A DNA stretch of 64,000 bases from Squalus acanthias (Eukaryota), in contig CM059432.1 in assembly GCA_030390025.1 (NCBI GenBank), positions 59,522,001 through 59,586,000 on the forward strand, written 5' to 3'. The notes beneath the pieces were generated by a model. The model searched no databases. It saw only the letters and a program-made list of their open reading frames with translations, and was not told the DNA's origin. Position 1 is the stretch's first letter. The number at the start of each line of letters is the position of its first letter. The position numbers and the translations under genes are program-made. Shown one piece after another: positions 50,032 to 64,000 of the stretch.

Positions 50032-50469
50032 TCTATTTATCAGGATACCCAAAACCAATGTTATTACATGTCTGTTGTTTGTGATCACTGGAGCAACAGA
50101 CTGAGAGCGAGCGAGAGAGAAAACATATGATGAGTCTCCTCAAGAGATTCAAGCTCAGTTACAACCTTCAGAAACAAAGACAAAAAGTCACCTTGACATG
50201 AAAGGAGTACATGTAATTTTGTGGAGATTTGTATTTATATAGTGCATGACCACATCTCTCGAATGTCTCAAAACACTGCACAATTAATTACTTTGGCAGT
50301 TACTTTCAGGTAGACAGAAGATTAAGATCTAAAAATAAATGAAAGCCCGGATTTGCAGAGAATCATTCAAGGAGTCTCAATATTAGACTACATTCTCTAC
50401 CCATTGGCTACGAATGAGTGGAATCTAGCCCGTTGTGTATCCATCTTGCCTGTAGAATGAGGTTCTCTC

Positions 50470-50890
50470 AGCTGTGGCTCAATTGGTAGCACTCTCACCT
50501 CTAGTCAGAAGGTGTGGGTTCAAGTCCCACTCATGAGACCAGAGCATAAAAAAAGCTAGACTGCCACTCCAGTGCAGTACTGAGAGAGTGCTGCACTGTC
50601 GGAGGTGCCATCTTTCAGATGAGATGTTAAACCAGGTGGATGTAAAAGATCCCATGGCACTACTTTGGAGAAGAACAGAAGAGTTTTCCCCAGTATCCTG
50701 GCCAATATTTATCTCTCAATCAACATCATAAAAAAAATTATCTGTTTGTTATCTCATTGGTGTTTGTGGGAGCTTGCTGCATTTCCATTACAACAGTGAC
50801 TACACTTCAAAAGTAGTTAACTGACTGTACAGTGCTTTGGGATGTCCCAAGGTATTGAAAGGCACTATATAAATGCACGTCTTTCTTTTA
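50470..50890 (+). mobile_element. SacSINE1/DeuSINE-type SINE, near complete
   Basis: A box (tggctcaattgg), B box (ggttcaagtcc), core gtgctgcactgtcggaggtgcc...gatcccatggcacta, tail gaaaggcactatataaatgca. Confidence 0.85.
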
Positions 50891-52055
50891 TCTGTTGCAG
50901 TTATTATCCTGCTATTTTATGGCTTTAGAAATTGCTGGTAACAGCGTACTTAAAAATTACAGGGTGGGAGGGAAGAAACTCGAATTTCTTTAGCAACATC
51001 ATGAAGTGTCAACTTATAGGTTTTGCTCTGCACTTTGCGAAGCAAAAATGCATCGACTTTATGTAGTTTCTGGGAGTGCAACTCACAGCCCATTTGAAAT
51101 ATTATTTCCAGAGATAACTGCACAAATTATTTCAAGACTACTTTGGACTAGCAATTTTAAAGCATAAAACTGAGCAAGGAACCAGTTAATGTGCACTGTT
51201 ACATTTAGAAGTGGGTGGTAGTTCAAAAAGCCCTTTGCATCCATTTTACTGGGAGAACATTTTCAGCAAGTCTGTTCATCAACCTAGTATCAGGAGATTT
51301 CCGCACTCAAATTAGTCAGGTATGAAATAGAAAAAGCTTAAACAGAGACTAGAGGATTTCAGACAAAAGCAGTAAACCTCATGACTCACTTCAGAACATT
51401 TAAATGAGTCTCAAATGGGTTTATTATATTAAATGGTTGTATCTGTTGTAATGTCAATTTGTTCAGTTTACTCATTTCAAGATCATCACAAAAAAACTAG
51501 GTATTCTTATTAATCAGCATTTGTATGTGCCCCAGCAAAAAATCCTATGTCCAGTAGTAAAAACAAGTGTCACCATCAATTTATACATTAATTACCAAGA
51601 TAATGTAATGTGAATACAGTGGCTAAGCAGTAGCCTCGACCCATAACAGTAGTTAAACAGCAATTCTGTATGCTAACAATTGGAGACAAACCTAGTAGAC
51701 TTTTTGATCAAGAATCCAGCACTTGGTATAGAGGATCGTCTTGTCTTGCAAATCACTTGCAATTCGACTACAATTATAGCATTTTGAGGAACAACCCATT
51801 TTACTTCTATTCTTTTGATAATTCAAGCAGTCACTGATAGCTGAGTGATGCACAAGGCACACTTTCAGCAAGATAATTTCTCTCTGTAGGATGTCAGTTC
51901 TATCAGCATACAAAAAAGTTATTAAGTACCTTTACAAGCAAACCATTCATTGCCACAGCACTGATTTTATACATTACAAAAATTATGGCTATTTAGTGCA
52001 AAACAATAGATGTTGAGGTCAGATACTCTGCATCCATGTCATTTGAGTCACAGCA

Positions 52056-53087
<1,032 letters not shown>

Positions 53088-53269
53088 TCAAGGTGACAAC
53101 TGATTTCAAATTAACAGTAATCAATTCAAGCAATGTACTAACTGCAAAATGCAAACATTAGGATTCAAAAGCAATGTTAGACAATTTTACCTGTTCAAAG
53201 GGCAGGTAACTGGGAGGGGGAGAGGGAGACAGAGAGGTAGAGGTAGACATGGAGAGAGAGAGGGGTATA

Positions 53270-54025
53270 TTAGATATATTTTGGACTTGGGCGTGGTGAG
53301 TAAAATATCAAGATTTCCTGATAATACAAAATTAGGGGACGGCGAAAAGCAAAGACCGTGAAAGACTGAAGGACAAACAGGTTAGCGGAATGAGTAAAAT
53401 GGTGGCAGAGCATTTTAATGCAGAGAACTGTATACTAATGCATTTTGGGAGGAAAAACAAGGATTGGGAGTATAAACTCAATGGAAAGATACTGAAAGAT
53501 GCAACGGAACAGTGAACTAGGGGTTCAAATACATAATTCCTTGAAAGTGCATGTGCAGGAAGATAAAACCATAAAAGGCCAATAGCGTTTTACATTTTCT
53601 AAGTAGAGGCGTAGTTTACAAGAGTGAAGAGGTAGTGATAAATTTGTATAAAGCAACTATATTGGCCACAGTTGGAATGCTGAGAGATTTTTTGGGTGTC
53701 CAATTATTGAAAGGAAATTGAAGCTAGAGAGCATAGAGTGCCCATACATAAGAATACTGGAGATGGGAAATTAGTTATGATGAAGGTTACTGGGACTATT
53801 TCCACTGGTTCAGAAAAAAGTTAAAAGGAGAAATTATGAAAGGGTGACCAACCCATTACCTCTGGTTAGGAGCTAGTGACAAGGGATCATCAATTTAAAC
53901 TCGTCACTAAGAGTGAGGAGAAAGGGTAGGAGAATCACAAAGTTAAGAGCCTAGAATGTTTTGCGTCAGAGTAATTGAGGCAGAGACCATTGCATCTTTT
54001 AAGGGAAAGGTAGATAAACATTTGA
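53270..54025 (+). mobile_element. Old CR1 remnant in a GAREM1 intron
   Basis: Decayed ISRFPDNTKLG and MHFGRKN motifs. Confidence 0.65.
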
Positions 54026-55577
54026 AACTTGTTATTTATATTCACTTGGCCCTCATCATTTATTGGAATGTACTTTTCTGCCTGTCTGGTTCAAATTGGA
54101 GTCTTCACAGAGCGATAGTCAGGCTAGATAGATTCCACGGACAGCGAGAAGAAAAACTACAATATTCTTAGTCTAGTGCAAGTGTTGCAACTATGCTGTT
54201 TCCTACTTATTAGAGAGATAGTTGAGCATAAAAACTACAGTAAAATCTAGTGTGCGATTGCAACAGCTCATTTAGGCTTTAACTGCCAAACAAATTTATT
54301 AAGCAGTCAAATAGGTCATAGTCTAGTACAGCGTTATTCTGCTGCCTTCCAAAGACAAGAAAGATAATGCGAGGGCATGTGATAAAACCAGTAAGCTGAA
54401 ACAAAGGGAAGAGGGAGCTTTGTTGCCTGTGTACGCTACAAATTTATTTACATACCTAGGCAAATGAAAGCACTCTCTGGGACACAGAAGCAGGGACTCA
54501 CTTACGGAAGAGGTCAGAGATGTGGAAACCCTCAGAAAAGTATCTAAAATAAAAAATCTCCGCAAAAACATAACAGCTGCATTATTAGTAGGTGTTTGCA
54601 CAGAAAGCTTTTATTTATACTGGTTCTGCAATTGATATTTATAAAAGGGAAGCCCTTTTAATATCAGCATACTTACATAAATGTAAACTGAAAAAAAACT
54701 TTAAATACTAATTACAATTTGCAACTTCATTTCTTCCACACTGGCTTTCAGCTTTGTAAGATTAGCAATAGGTTGGATGGCATTTTGGCAGTGCTGGACT
54801 GTTAACAGATGTAGGATTGGGATAACAATTTTCCAAACATTAACTTCTTAACCCCACTGTGCCATTGGAAGGTGCTCACAAGAGAAGGAAAATATTGGGA
54901 AGCTCAGTTTTGTTCTTGCATAACCTCTTAGAATCAAGATGGAAAGCAAACTGAGCTCTGAGCAGGTCACTAACTCAGCCACAGATAGTGTGCAGAGGTT
55001 CCCCAAAAGGAGAGAAAACGCATTAAAATCTCCATTTTAAAAGTAACAGCTATATATTAATTCCTGCGGAAATGAAAAGGAACATGAAATAAAATGGCAG
55101 GTTGGAGTAGGCAATTATTAACTCTCCAATTTCAAACTTCCATTTCATGGCAAGATGTTTCATTGCATTTTCAAAAGGGGCACCAAGTGTACCACAGTAT
55201 GATATGCCAGCATAATGGACATTATTTGAATCAAAAGATTTACATTGTCTTCATATTAAAACAAGTCTGCAGAATTTGCACAGTGGTATGTTATGCTGGA
55301 GATTACCTACTTTTTCTAATAAAATGACTTCAGAAAATGGTTCAGATTGCACAGACTATAATATGTAATATTCCAAATTTCTTTTACTTGTTTTGCAAAG
55401 TTTAAAGCTTTCGAACAGGACAATCACCAACAGGGAGCATGCCATATCTCATCACATGATCCACAATCACAATAATTTCAACATACATTTTTCCAGTCCT
55501 TCCAAATCCAATGCTCAAAGCTGAAGTCAGATTGTCAAGCTGTCATCTTACATAATACACCTGGTAATAATTTCTTA

Positions 55578-55754
<177 letters not shown>

Positions 55755-56788
55755 CTATACTGAACAAATACTAATAAATTTGTAAAAAAGGAGCTTACAG
55801 AATCTATTAACATTTTAGAACCAGAATTAAGTTGAATGGTTTGAAGTTGTAGAGAAACTCAATTACCAGCATTTCGGAAAAGGGGTAACTGATGCAATTT
55901 GTAGTGAATCAAGTACATACTTTATCATAACCAAGCTGAAGTTTTATACTTTCCAAAGTAGAAGCTGTAGCATTACATCGGGTTAACATGTACAATATTT
56001 GAATTTTTGCATACTGCCTTTAAGCTACCGCAGCAGACTAAACCACAGAATTATTGTAGTCGTCTGGTGAACTGGAGCATGAAGTGATGAGATATAGGTT
56101 TACATCCATGATTCCCTACACAAGTTCCCAATTTCAGCTACATTTGTGCCAAGTAAGCACCAAATATAAAGTCGTTGTTCCCCACCCACCTGCCCCAAAA
56201 AGAGAAAATCAACTGGCCTACTCTAATTTCATAGTGGCTGATTTGAGAGCAATGGGACTGAACCGAGAGCAAGCGACTCACCTAGTTGGCTGTGGATGGC
56301 AAGTGGAAACTCACCAGGGAAAGAAAATAACTTTGAACTAGGAAATGCAAAATTAAACTTTCCCGGAATGACATCACATGAGCTTCTAAACAGTTCCAAT
56401 AGAACCCAGTGAAGTTAAGTTTTCTAATGGTAGAGATCACCTCTTTGTAGATTTTCAATTGAAGGGATTACCAGGAGAGAGGGAAGAGCTGTAACATTAT
56501 TTTATTTTTAAATCCAAAAGTATTAGGATAGCTGGGAGCCCAGTCAAACGCGGAGAACAGTTCATTTCCACTCAACATATCTAACCCATCGAGTAAATAC
56601 AGTGCAGCACACTGGCACTTAACTCTTCTCCTGCTAATCACCATTTGTTCTCTACCAGCTACGAGAGACTAACCAATCCCCCAAGCTGCTCAGCTGTCCC
56701 CACTCCCTCAGTTTGTTCTTTCAGCTGTCACTCATTCTTCCAACTACCAAGTCTGATTAGCAGACATTACTTACCCAATAATCACACT

Positions 56789-57513
56789 GGACTGGAATGT
56801 GCGGTCGGGATGGCGGCGAACTGGCAGCGTTCGCCGCCATTCACCATTGAAACGGATTGCAACTTTGCGATTTGGTGCATGCGCCTGAAGTTGCAGTCAG
56901 TCCGACACAGGCTGCGCTGTGCCCCCACCCACAGAGCCGGCAATCTGTGCAATCAGCCAAGTCAGCTTTTCCGCAGTAAGTACAGTACGCGGTTAAATTT
57001 CCCACTAAGTTAGACCTCAAGGGATTAGGTGTAACTGGGGATTTGACAGCATTATTACTGCTAAACAAATGTTAAGGGCCTGGAAAACTAATTTCAATTT
57101 TGTGCAGTGCGAAATTTGTCCATTTTAATAAAAACTAAAATTAAGCAACTTTTCAAAAAAAGTTTTACTTTTTTTTAAAGTTTGTTCATCTTTATTTCAG
57201 GCTTGCCTTTTCCCCATGTGAGCCCCAATTTTTCTTTTGCTCTCTCTAACTATTATAAAAAGTTAGAATTTTAAGGGCTTACTCACTTCCTTGTTCACTG
57301 ACTGAAAATTCTGCATTTTGATTGGCTGCTTAGACAGCCTGCTGACGACACAGCAGCTCGCACAAGGAATTCCCAATTAACTTCCATTGATTTTAATTGA
57401 AGTTCGGAAAACCCAAAGTTCTCGACACAGGGACCACGAGATCTTTGCACAAAGCGTACTTCGGGGCCAGCAGCGAATGCCTTCGATTCATTGCTGATCG
57501 CAAATTCTAGGCC
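56789..57513. mobile_element. Harbinger-type MITE in a GAREM1 intron
   Basis: Imperfect TIR ggactggaatgtgcggtc / gatcgcaaattctaggcc (14/18), flanks act/att. Confidence 0.6.
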
Positions 57514-57838
57514 ATTGAATTAATCATAAGCAGCTCGGTTCCCATAGTACAGATAAATGAAGGATCCACACCTGAATCGATAATTTGTCTGTTCTCTTCA
57601 TAGATGCTGCCTGAAACATTCCTATATAAAATCAATTACTGAACATATCAGCCCAAGGAAGCACTGCAAGAAAAATTAATATTTTGCAACTCATGGTATT
57701 GAAAGAATGAGTTATAACCTGGCGTTATGTCTTAGTTTTGAAGTATTGGGAGAATACACACCCTTACAACTTTCGAAAAATGGTTAAGCACTATGATTGC
57801 ACAGCATTTAGCAAATTTGCCCTAAGACAAGGACTTAC

Positions 57839-59017
57839 AGCTTCAGACTTCGGAGGCACTGGAGGTGGAGGTAGAGAAATATCAGATGATGGTTTAACTG
57901 TAGACAAAGGACCTGGAGAAGAAAGGGCTGAAGAAGCCGGACACTTAGAGTGGATGGAACCTCTCTGACTACCAGATTTCAATCTCTCCCCCAAAGAGGA
58001 AAGGTCTTGTCCACCCCGTTTCCCTGTTCCCTCATCTAACCAGAGCTCTTCGTAGGGAAGTTCTGACCGTGACTGGATTCCAGCAGATTCTTCAGTCACA
58101 TCAGGCAGCAAATAATCACTCCCACTGTCTCCTGAATCTTGAGATGGGAGGGTTTCGTGAGAAAAGAGAGTCCACTCACTGCTTGGATCTCTGCAGCCAT
58201 GCAGATTAACTTCACTATTTCCGTGCAAATTATTTCCATAAACACATACTGAAAGCCGATGGAAAGACTGCGTCAGTTCTTCACGAGCATAACTAAGGGA
58301 GTTAGGTATGTGACTGTGCCCAGTACATCTGGTCTTCTTTGGGCTTTTACAATCTTCATTCCAGTCAGTCTTCACATCCCGAACTGCTCGTGAATATTCT
58401 TCAATGTCGAACTGCTCCTGACAAATGCTGAACGAGTGCTGAACTGTGTTCTCGTACCACATCTCTCCCTTAAGGAGACCTTCAGCTAAGGTAAACTTTG
58501 GCACAACTAAATGAAGTGGAAAGTGCACTGGAATCATTTTGTTGTTGCGAAGTACGCAGCACACAACAACAGTCTTAGTTTGGATATTAACAAATTTATA
58601 GCGATGGCCCTCCCGAATGAAGTGTAGATCATAGGGGTTTCGTGGAGGAGCAGACGGCACAACAACATTTACTGGTAACCTAGTCTTTTCAACAATGTTG
58701 CGAATAGTGTGCTCACCCTCTTGCATTTGTATCTCAAGGGGACTACGTGTACTGAATCGACCTTTACACTGGAAGGGAAGGCTAATGCTTTCATTGGTCC
58801 GGTGATTCATACAAATAAGGCAAGGCATCTTTCCTCGTCCAAACTTGCTGATGGAATTTAGTTTTCCAATTTTCTTAAAAATAGTGTTAAGTCGTGACTT
58901 TTCCTTCGATGTTTTGGCATAAAGGATTTCTGCTTGCCCCATTAGAGTAAGTTCATCCCCAGTGCTCAAAGCGATGTTGTACACTTCTGTATCTTCGTTG
59001 CACTCTCCAGAGGCTAC
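57839..59017 (-). CDS. GAREM1: GAREM1 large internal exon (CABIT region to PPPPVPPK)
   Basis: 1179 nt, ctatag| ... |gtaagt, phase 0/0; VASGECNEDTEVYNIALSTGDELTLMGQAEILYAK...LPPPPVPPKSEA. Confidence 0.97.
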
Positions 59018-59349
59018 CTATAGAGGAAGGGCAAATCATTAGCCATAATAAAACTTGGAATTACTTATAAAGTAGTAGAACTTTTCCTGTGGCTTCAATG
59101 ATTCCAGTCTATAACTTACTATTTTCAGAGACACTAAGCAAAAACATCAGTTTAACACTCCATTTCACATTATACGATGGGATATCATTTTCATGCGATT
59201 TCACAACTAATAACCACCTTCATCATAAACCTGGGCTGTCGGCAATTTCTGCATGCCACCATAAATTTACCTTCAATGCTACTCATTTAGACACCTAAAA
59301 TTTTACACTGGAAAGGAAGGCTAATGCTTTCATTGGTTGAGCAGAGCTT

Positions 59350-60080
59350 GGTGAGGACAGAGTTAAGTGAACCTCATTATTGCAAACAGGACTTTAAAAA
59401 TGGGAATTTGGCGAAAGTAGTAAGTAGGACAGAACGTGTGTTATCAAATTGAAATTTAACTTAGTTTTGTACAAGAGGGATGGATTGCACCTCAACAGGG
59501 CTGGGACCAATGTCCTCGCACGGAAATTAACGAGCATTGTAGGGGAGAGTTTAAAGTATTTTGACAGGGGGAGGGACACCAGGATGAAGCATTAGAGAGG
59601 AGATACAAGACACAGAGAGGACTGGGAGAGACAAACAGCATTAGAATAAATAGTGCAGAAATAGGAGGGTTCAGACGGGGGAAATGCGAGGCAGATTAAG
59701 GTCTGGAGTGCATGTGCATAAATGCATGGAGCATTGTTGATGAGCTGCAGGCACAAGTAGCCACATGGGATTATGATATAGTGGCAATAACAGGAACCTG
59801 GCTCAAAAAGGGGAGGAATGGGCACTTAATATTCCTAGCTACAAAGTATTCAGGAAAGATAGAGCAGGAAAAAAAGGAGGGGAGGGGTGACAGTATTGAA
59901 CAAAGATACTGTTACAGCACTAGAAAGGGATGTACTTGAGGGTTCAAAAACAGAATCTATTTGGTTACAATTATAGAACAATAGAGGAGTTATTACACTG
60001 CTGGGTGTATACTATAGGCCACCAAATAGTGTGAAGGAGATTGAGGGGCAAATTTGAAGGCAAATTGCAGAAAGATGCAA
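59350..60080 (+). mobile_element. CR1 fragment (ORF1 end and endonuclease start)
   Basis: DGLHLNRAGTNVL, CINAWSI, AITGTWL, YYRPPNS. Confidence 0.8.
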
Positions 60081-63000
60081 TGACGAAGGAGTGGCGTCAC
60101 AATTCAAAGGTGTCGCTGGCACAAGGGAGCTGAGAGGTGAGTATAATGAGAGTATTTGTGGTAAGTTTTTTTTTGTTCTGTTTTGAGTATATTTCTGCTA
60201 AGTAGTTCATAGCCTATCTAATAGAGGGAAGTGCTGATTGGTGGGTAGCTGTTGAGTGTTTCTTGTTAAGTTTTAAGTTTATTTCTGCTAAATTACCTCT
60301 AGTCTGGTAAATAGAGGCTTGGCAGGGCAGCTCAGTCCCGTGATTTGCACATCCTGTGCCATGTGGGATATCCTGGACGCTTCTTGTGGCCTGGACGACC
60401 ACGTGTGCAGGAAGTGTCGCCAACTGCAGCAACTCGAGCTCCGTGTTTCGGAGCTTGAGCGGCAGCTGGAGTCACTACAGTGCATCCGTGAGGCTGAGAA
60501 ATACTTGGAAAGCACGTTTCTAGAAGCGGTCACCCCGCAGCCTCAGAATGTGCAGGCAGAGAGGGAATGGGTGACCACCAGGCAGAGGAGGAGGAGGACC
60601 AGGCAGGTAGGGCAGGAATCCCCAGAGTGCATCTCGCTCACTAACAGGTTCACAGCTCTGCAAACTGGTGGGGGTGATGGTTCCTCTGGGGAGAGCAGCC
60701 AGAGCCAAGGCCACGGCACCACAGGTGGCTCAGCTGCACAGGGGGGGGGGGGGAGGAAGAAGAGTGGAAGAACAATAGTGATAGGGGATTCATTAGTTAG
60801 GGGAACAGATAGGCGTTTCTGTGGACGCAGACGTGACTCCAGGATGGTATGTTGCCTCCCTGGTGCCAGGGTCAAGGATGTCACTGAGCGGCTGCAGGAC
60901 ACTCTGATGGGGGAGGGTGAAAGGCCAGAGGTCGTTGTCTGTGACGGTACCAACGACATAGGTAGAATGAGGGATGAGGTCCTGCAGGCAGACTATAGGG
61001 ATCTAGGAAAGAGATTAAAAAGCAGGACCTCAAAAAGGTAGTAATCTCCGGATTACTCCTGGTGCCACTTGCTAGTGAGTACAGGAATAGGAGGATAGAA
61101 CAGAAGAATGCGTGGCTGGAGAGATGGTGCAGGAGGGAGGGCTTTAGATTCCTGAGGCATTGGGAATGTTTCTGGGGAAGGTGGGACCTGTACAAGCCAG
61201 ATGGGTTACGCCTCAACAGAGCTGGGACCAATATTCTCGTGGGAAGGTTTGCTAGTACTGTTGGGGAGGGTTTAAACTAGCTTGGCAGGAGGATGGGCAC
61301 CAGCATATAGGAGTAGAAAAGAGGAATAGGTGCATAAAAGAGTGAGTGTGTTGGATAGTACTAGAGAAGAAAGTCGTACTAGAGGCAGAAGTAGTAACAT
61401 ATTAGATAGGAGCAGACTAAGAAAAATTCCAAAATGGGTTTAGAATGCATGTACGTAAATGCACAAAGTGTGGTGAATAAGGTTGGTGAGCTACAAGCAC
61501 AATTAGCCGTGTGGCAATATGATGTGGCAATAACGGAAATGTGGCTTAAAAACGGTGAGGACTGGGCACTTAATATTCAAGGGTACAAGGTATTCAGAAA
61601 AGATAGGGAAGGAAAAAAGGGAGGTGGGGTGGCAGTGCTGATTAAGGAAGACATTGTAGTGTTGGAAAGGGAGGATGTTCTTGAGGGGACAAGGACAGAA
61701 TACATTTGGTTAGAGCTGAGGAGCAAAAAGGGTATGATCACGCTATTGAGAGTATTCTACAGGCCTCCAAATAGTGAGGGGGAAGTAGAGGAGCAAATCT
61801 GCAGGGAAATCGCAGAGATATGCAAGAGCTACAGAGTGGTGATATTGGGGGACTTTAATTACCCGAGTATTGATGGGATAATGCTAGGGTAAAGGGAAAG
61901 GAGGGGGAGGAATTTCGGAAATGTGCTCAGGAGAATTTCCTTGACCAATATGTTCTTGGCTCAACTAGGAAGGAGACATTGCTGGATCTGGTGCTGGGGA
62001 ATGAGGTGGGCCAGGTCGACCAAATGTCTGTGGGAGAACACTTGGGTACGAGTGATCGTCGTATCATAAGATTTAGATTAGCAATGGAGAGGAGCAAGGA
62101 ACAATCTAAAGTGGAACTTCTAAACTGGAATAGGGCTAACTTCAATGGGGTGCGAAAGGATCTAGCCAGGGTAAAATGAAACCAAAGACCGACAGCAAAA
62201 ACTGTAACGGAACAATGGGTGATCTTTAAGGAGGAGATGTTCCAAGTACAGGCTAGGTACATTCCAACAAGAGGGAAGAGTAAGGGAACCAAAGCAAGGG
62301 ATCCTTGGATGAAGAGTGAGATAGAGAAGATGATGAAACAAAAAGAGGGCGTATGATGAATGTCAGGTGAATTCTTCAAGGGAGAACCAGACCAAATACA
62401 ATAAGTTGAGAGGGGAAGTGAAGATGAAAATAAGATTGGCAAAGAGAGAATATGAGAGTAGAATGGCAGTTAACATAAAAGGGAACCCAAAAAATCTTCT
62501 ACCGGCATGTAAACAGTAAGCGAGTAGTAAGAGGCGGGGTGGGGCCTATTAGGGACAAATAAGGTGATATATGCTTAGAGGTGCAGGGCAAGGCTAGAAT
62601 AGTCAATGAGTACTTTGTATCGGTGTTTACTAAGGAGGTGGATGCTGACAAAATATCGGTAGAAATGGAAAAGGTAGAAGCAATGGAAGGGGCGAAAATT
62701 GATAGACAGGATGTACTAGAAAGGCTGGGTATTAGTGGATAGGTCACCTGGTCCAGATGGCTTGCATCCCAGATTGCTAAGGGAATTGGGGGAGGAGATA
62801 GCAGAAGGGCTTGCCATAATTTTCCAATCTTCCCTAGATGCGGGGGAGGTGCCCGAGGATTGGAAAGTGGCAAATGTGACACCATCGTTCAAGAAAGGGT
62901 GTAAGGACAATCCTAGTAACTACAGGCCGGTCAGTTTAACATCAGTGGTGGGTAAAGTTTTAGAAACAATAATCAAGGAAAAAATTAATGGGCAATTGGA

Positions 63001-64000
63001 GAGGTTTAAGCTAATTAAGGAGAGCCAACACGGATTTGTAAAAGGCAGATCATGTTTGACTAATCTAATTGAATTTTTTGATGAAGTAACAGGGAGGATT
63101 GATGAAGGGAATACAATGGATGTTGTCCACATGGATTTTAGGCAGGCGTTTGACACAAAGTACCACATAGAAGGCTGGTTAACTAAATTGAGTATCATGG
63201 AATAGGTGGGTTAGAGGCAGCTTGGATAAGGAATTGGCTTATGGACAGAAAACAGCGAGTTGTGGTAAGTGGCTGTTTTTCAGACTGGTGGATGGTAGAC
63301 AGTGGTGTTCCCCAAGGGTCAGTGCTGGGGCCACTGCTTTTTTTGATATGAGACCTGGATATTGGAATACAGAGTAGAATTTCTAAATTTGCCAATGACA
63401 CCAAACTTGGGGATGTGGCAAACAGTGAGGATGATACCAATCGACTGCAACAGGACATGGAAAGGCTAGCAGAATGGGCAGACAAGTGGCAGATGGAATT
63501 TAATAGAGAAGTGAGGTGATGCATTTTGGCAGAAGGAACAGGGAGAGGCAATATACACTTAATGGCACAGTTTTAAAGAGTGCAGGGACAGAGGGACCTG
63601 GGAGTTAATGTACATAGGTCTCCGAAGGTGGCAGGACATATTGAGAGAGTGGTTAGCAAAGCATATGGGATCTTGGGCTTCATAAATAGGAGGTATTGAG
63701 TACAAAAGTAGAGAGGTTATGCTGAACCTTTATAAAGCGCTGGTTAGGCCACAACTGGAGTACTGCGTCCAGTTCTGGTCACCACACTTTAGGAAGGATG
63801 TGAAGGCCCTGGAGAGGGTGCAGAGGAGATTTACCAGAATGGTTCCGGGGATGGGAGATCTTAGCTAAAGGACAGGTTGGAGAAGCTGGATTTGTTTTCA
63901 TTAGAGCAGGAGGTTGAGGGGTGATCTGATAGAGGTGTACAAGATTATAACGGGTTTGTATAGGCTAGACGGGGAAAGGCTGTTCCCACTAGTTGATGGT
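60081..64000 (+). mobile_element. Near full-length degenerate CR1 LINE running off the window
   Basis: ORF1 60319-61041 (CTSC..W, HVCRKC, coiled coil, VIGDSLVRG/GTND esterase motifs), endonuclease 61434-61892, RT from 62735. Confidence 0.92.

Noticed and set aside
50470..50545. tRNA-like sequences here and at 33520-33598
   Set aside because: They are SINE heads continuing into SINE cores, not tRNA genes
51420..51425. AATAAA on the minus strand as the GAREM1 poly(A) signal
   Set aside because: Plausible, but not distinguishable from chance in AT-rich DNA without 3'-end data
57791..57838. ORF extension VSPCLRANLLNAVQS after KSEA
   Set aside because: Read-through into the intron past a consensus gtaagt donor

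Overview
This is eukaryotic, repeat-dense DNA from a cartilaginous fish (shark/ray inferred from HE1/HER1-type, SacSINE1-type, CR1 and Penelope repeats). It holds parts of two host genes, both on the minus strand. The first is the 5' end of DNAAF11/LRRC6 (coding exon 1 at 9189-9198 in a CpG island with an RFX X-box, exon 2 at 7268-7435), which the ORF track does not resolve. The second is the last three coding exons of GAREM1 (57839-59017, 55579-55736, 52056-52998). The ~43 kb between them is a nested stack of CR1 LINEs (one with an uninterrupted 732-aa ORF2), HER1-type LINEs, SINEs, Penelope-like elements with minimal hammerhead ribozyme motifs, PIF/Harbinger-type TIR elements, a hAT-type MITE and probable solo LTRs. 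The most notable observations are: (i) a ~400-bp non-coding fold-back insertion with a hammerhead motif on each strand and a 12-bp TSD; (ii) a tRNA-headed SINE body running directly into a LINE endonuclease N-terminus; (iii) a young CR1 with a doubled 3' tail; (iv) a 36-bp copy of GAREM1 exon sequence in the neighbouring intron. All family names come from recall, not database searches, and repeat boundaries are approximate unless a TSD or TIR is quoted.
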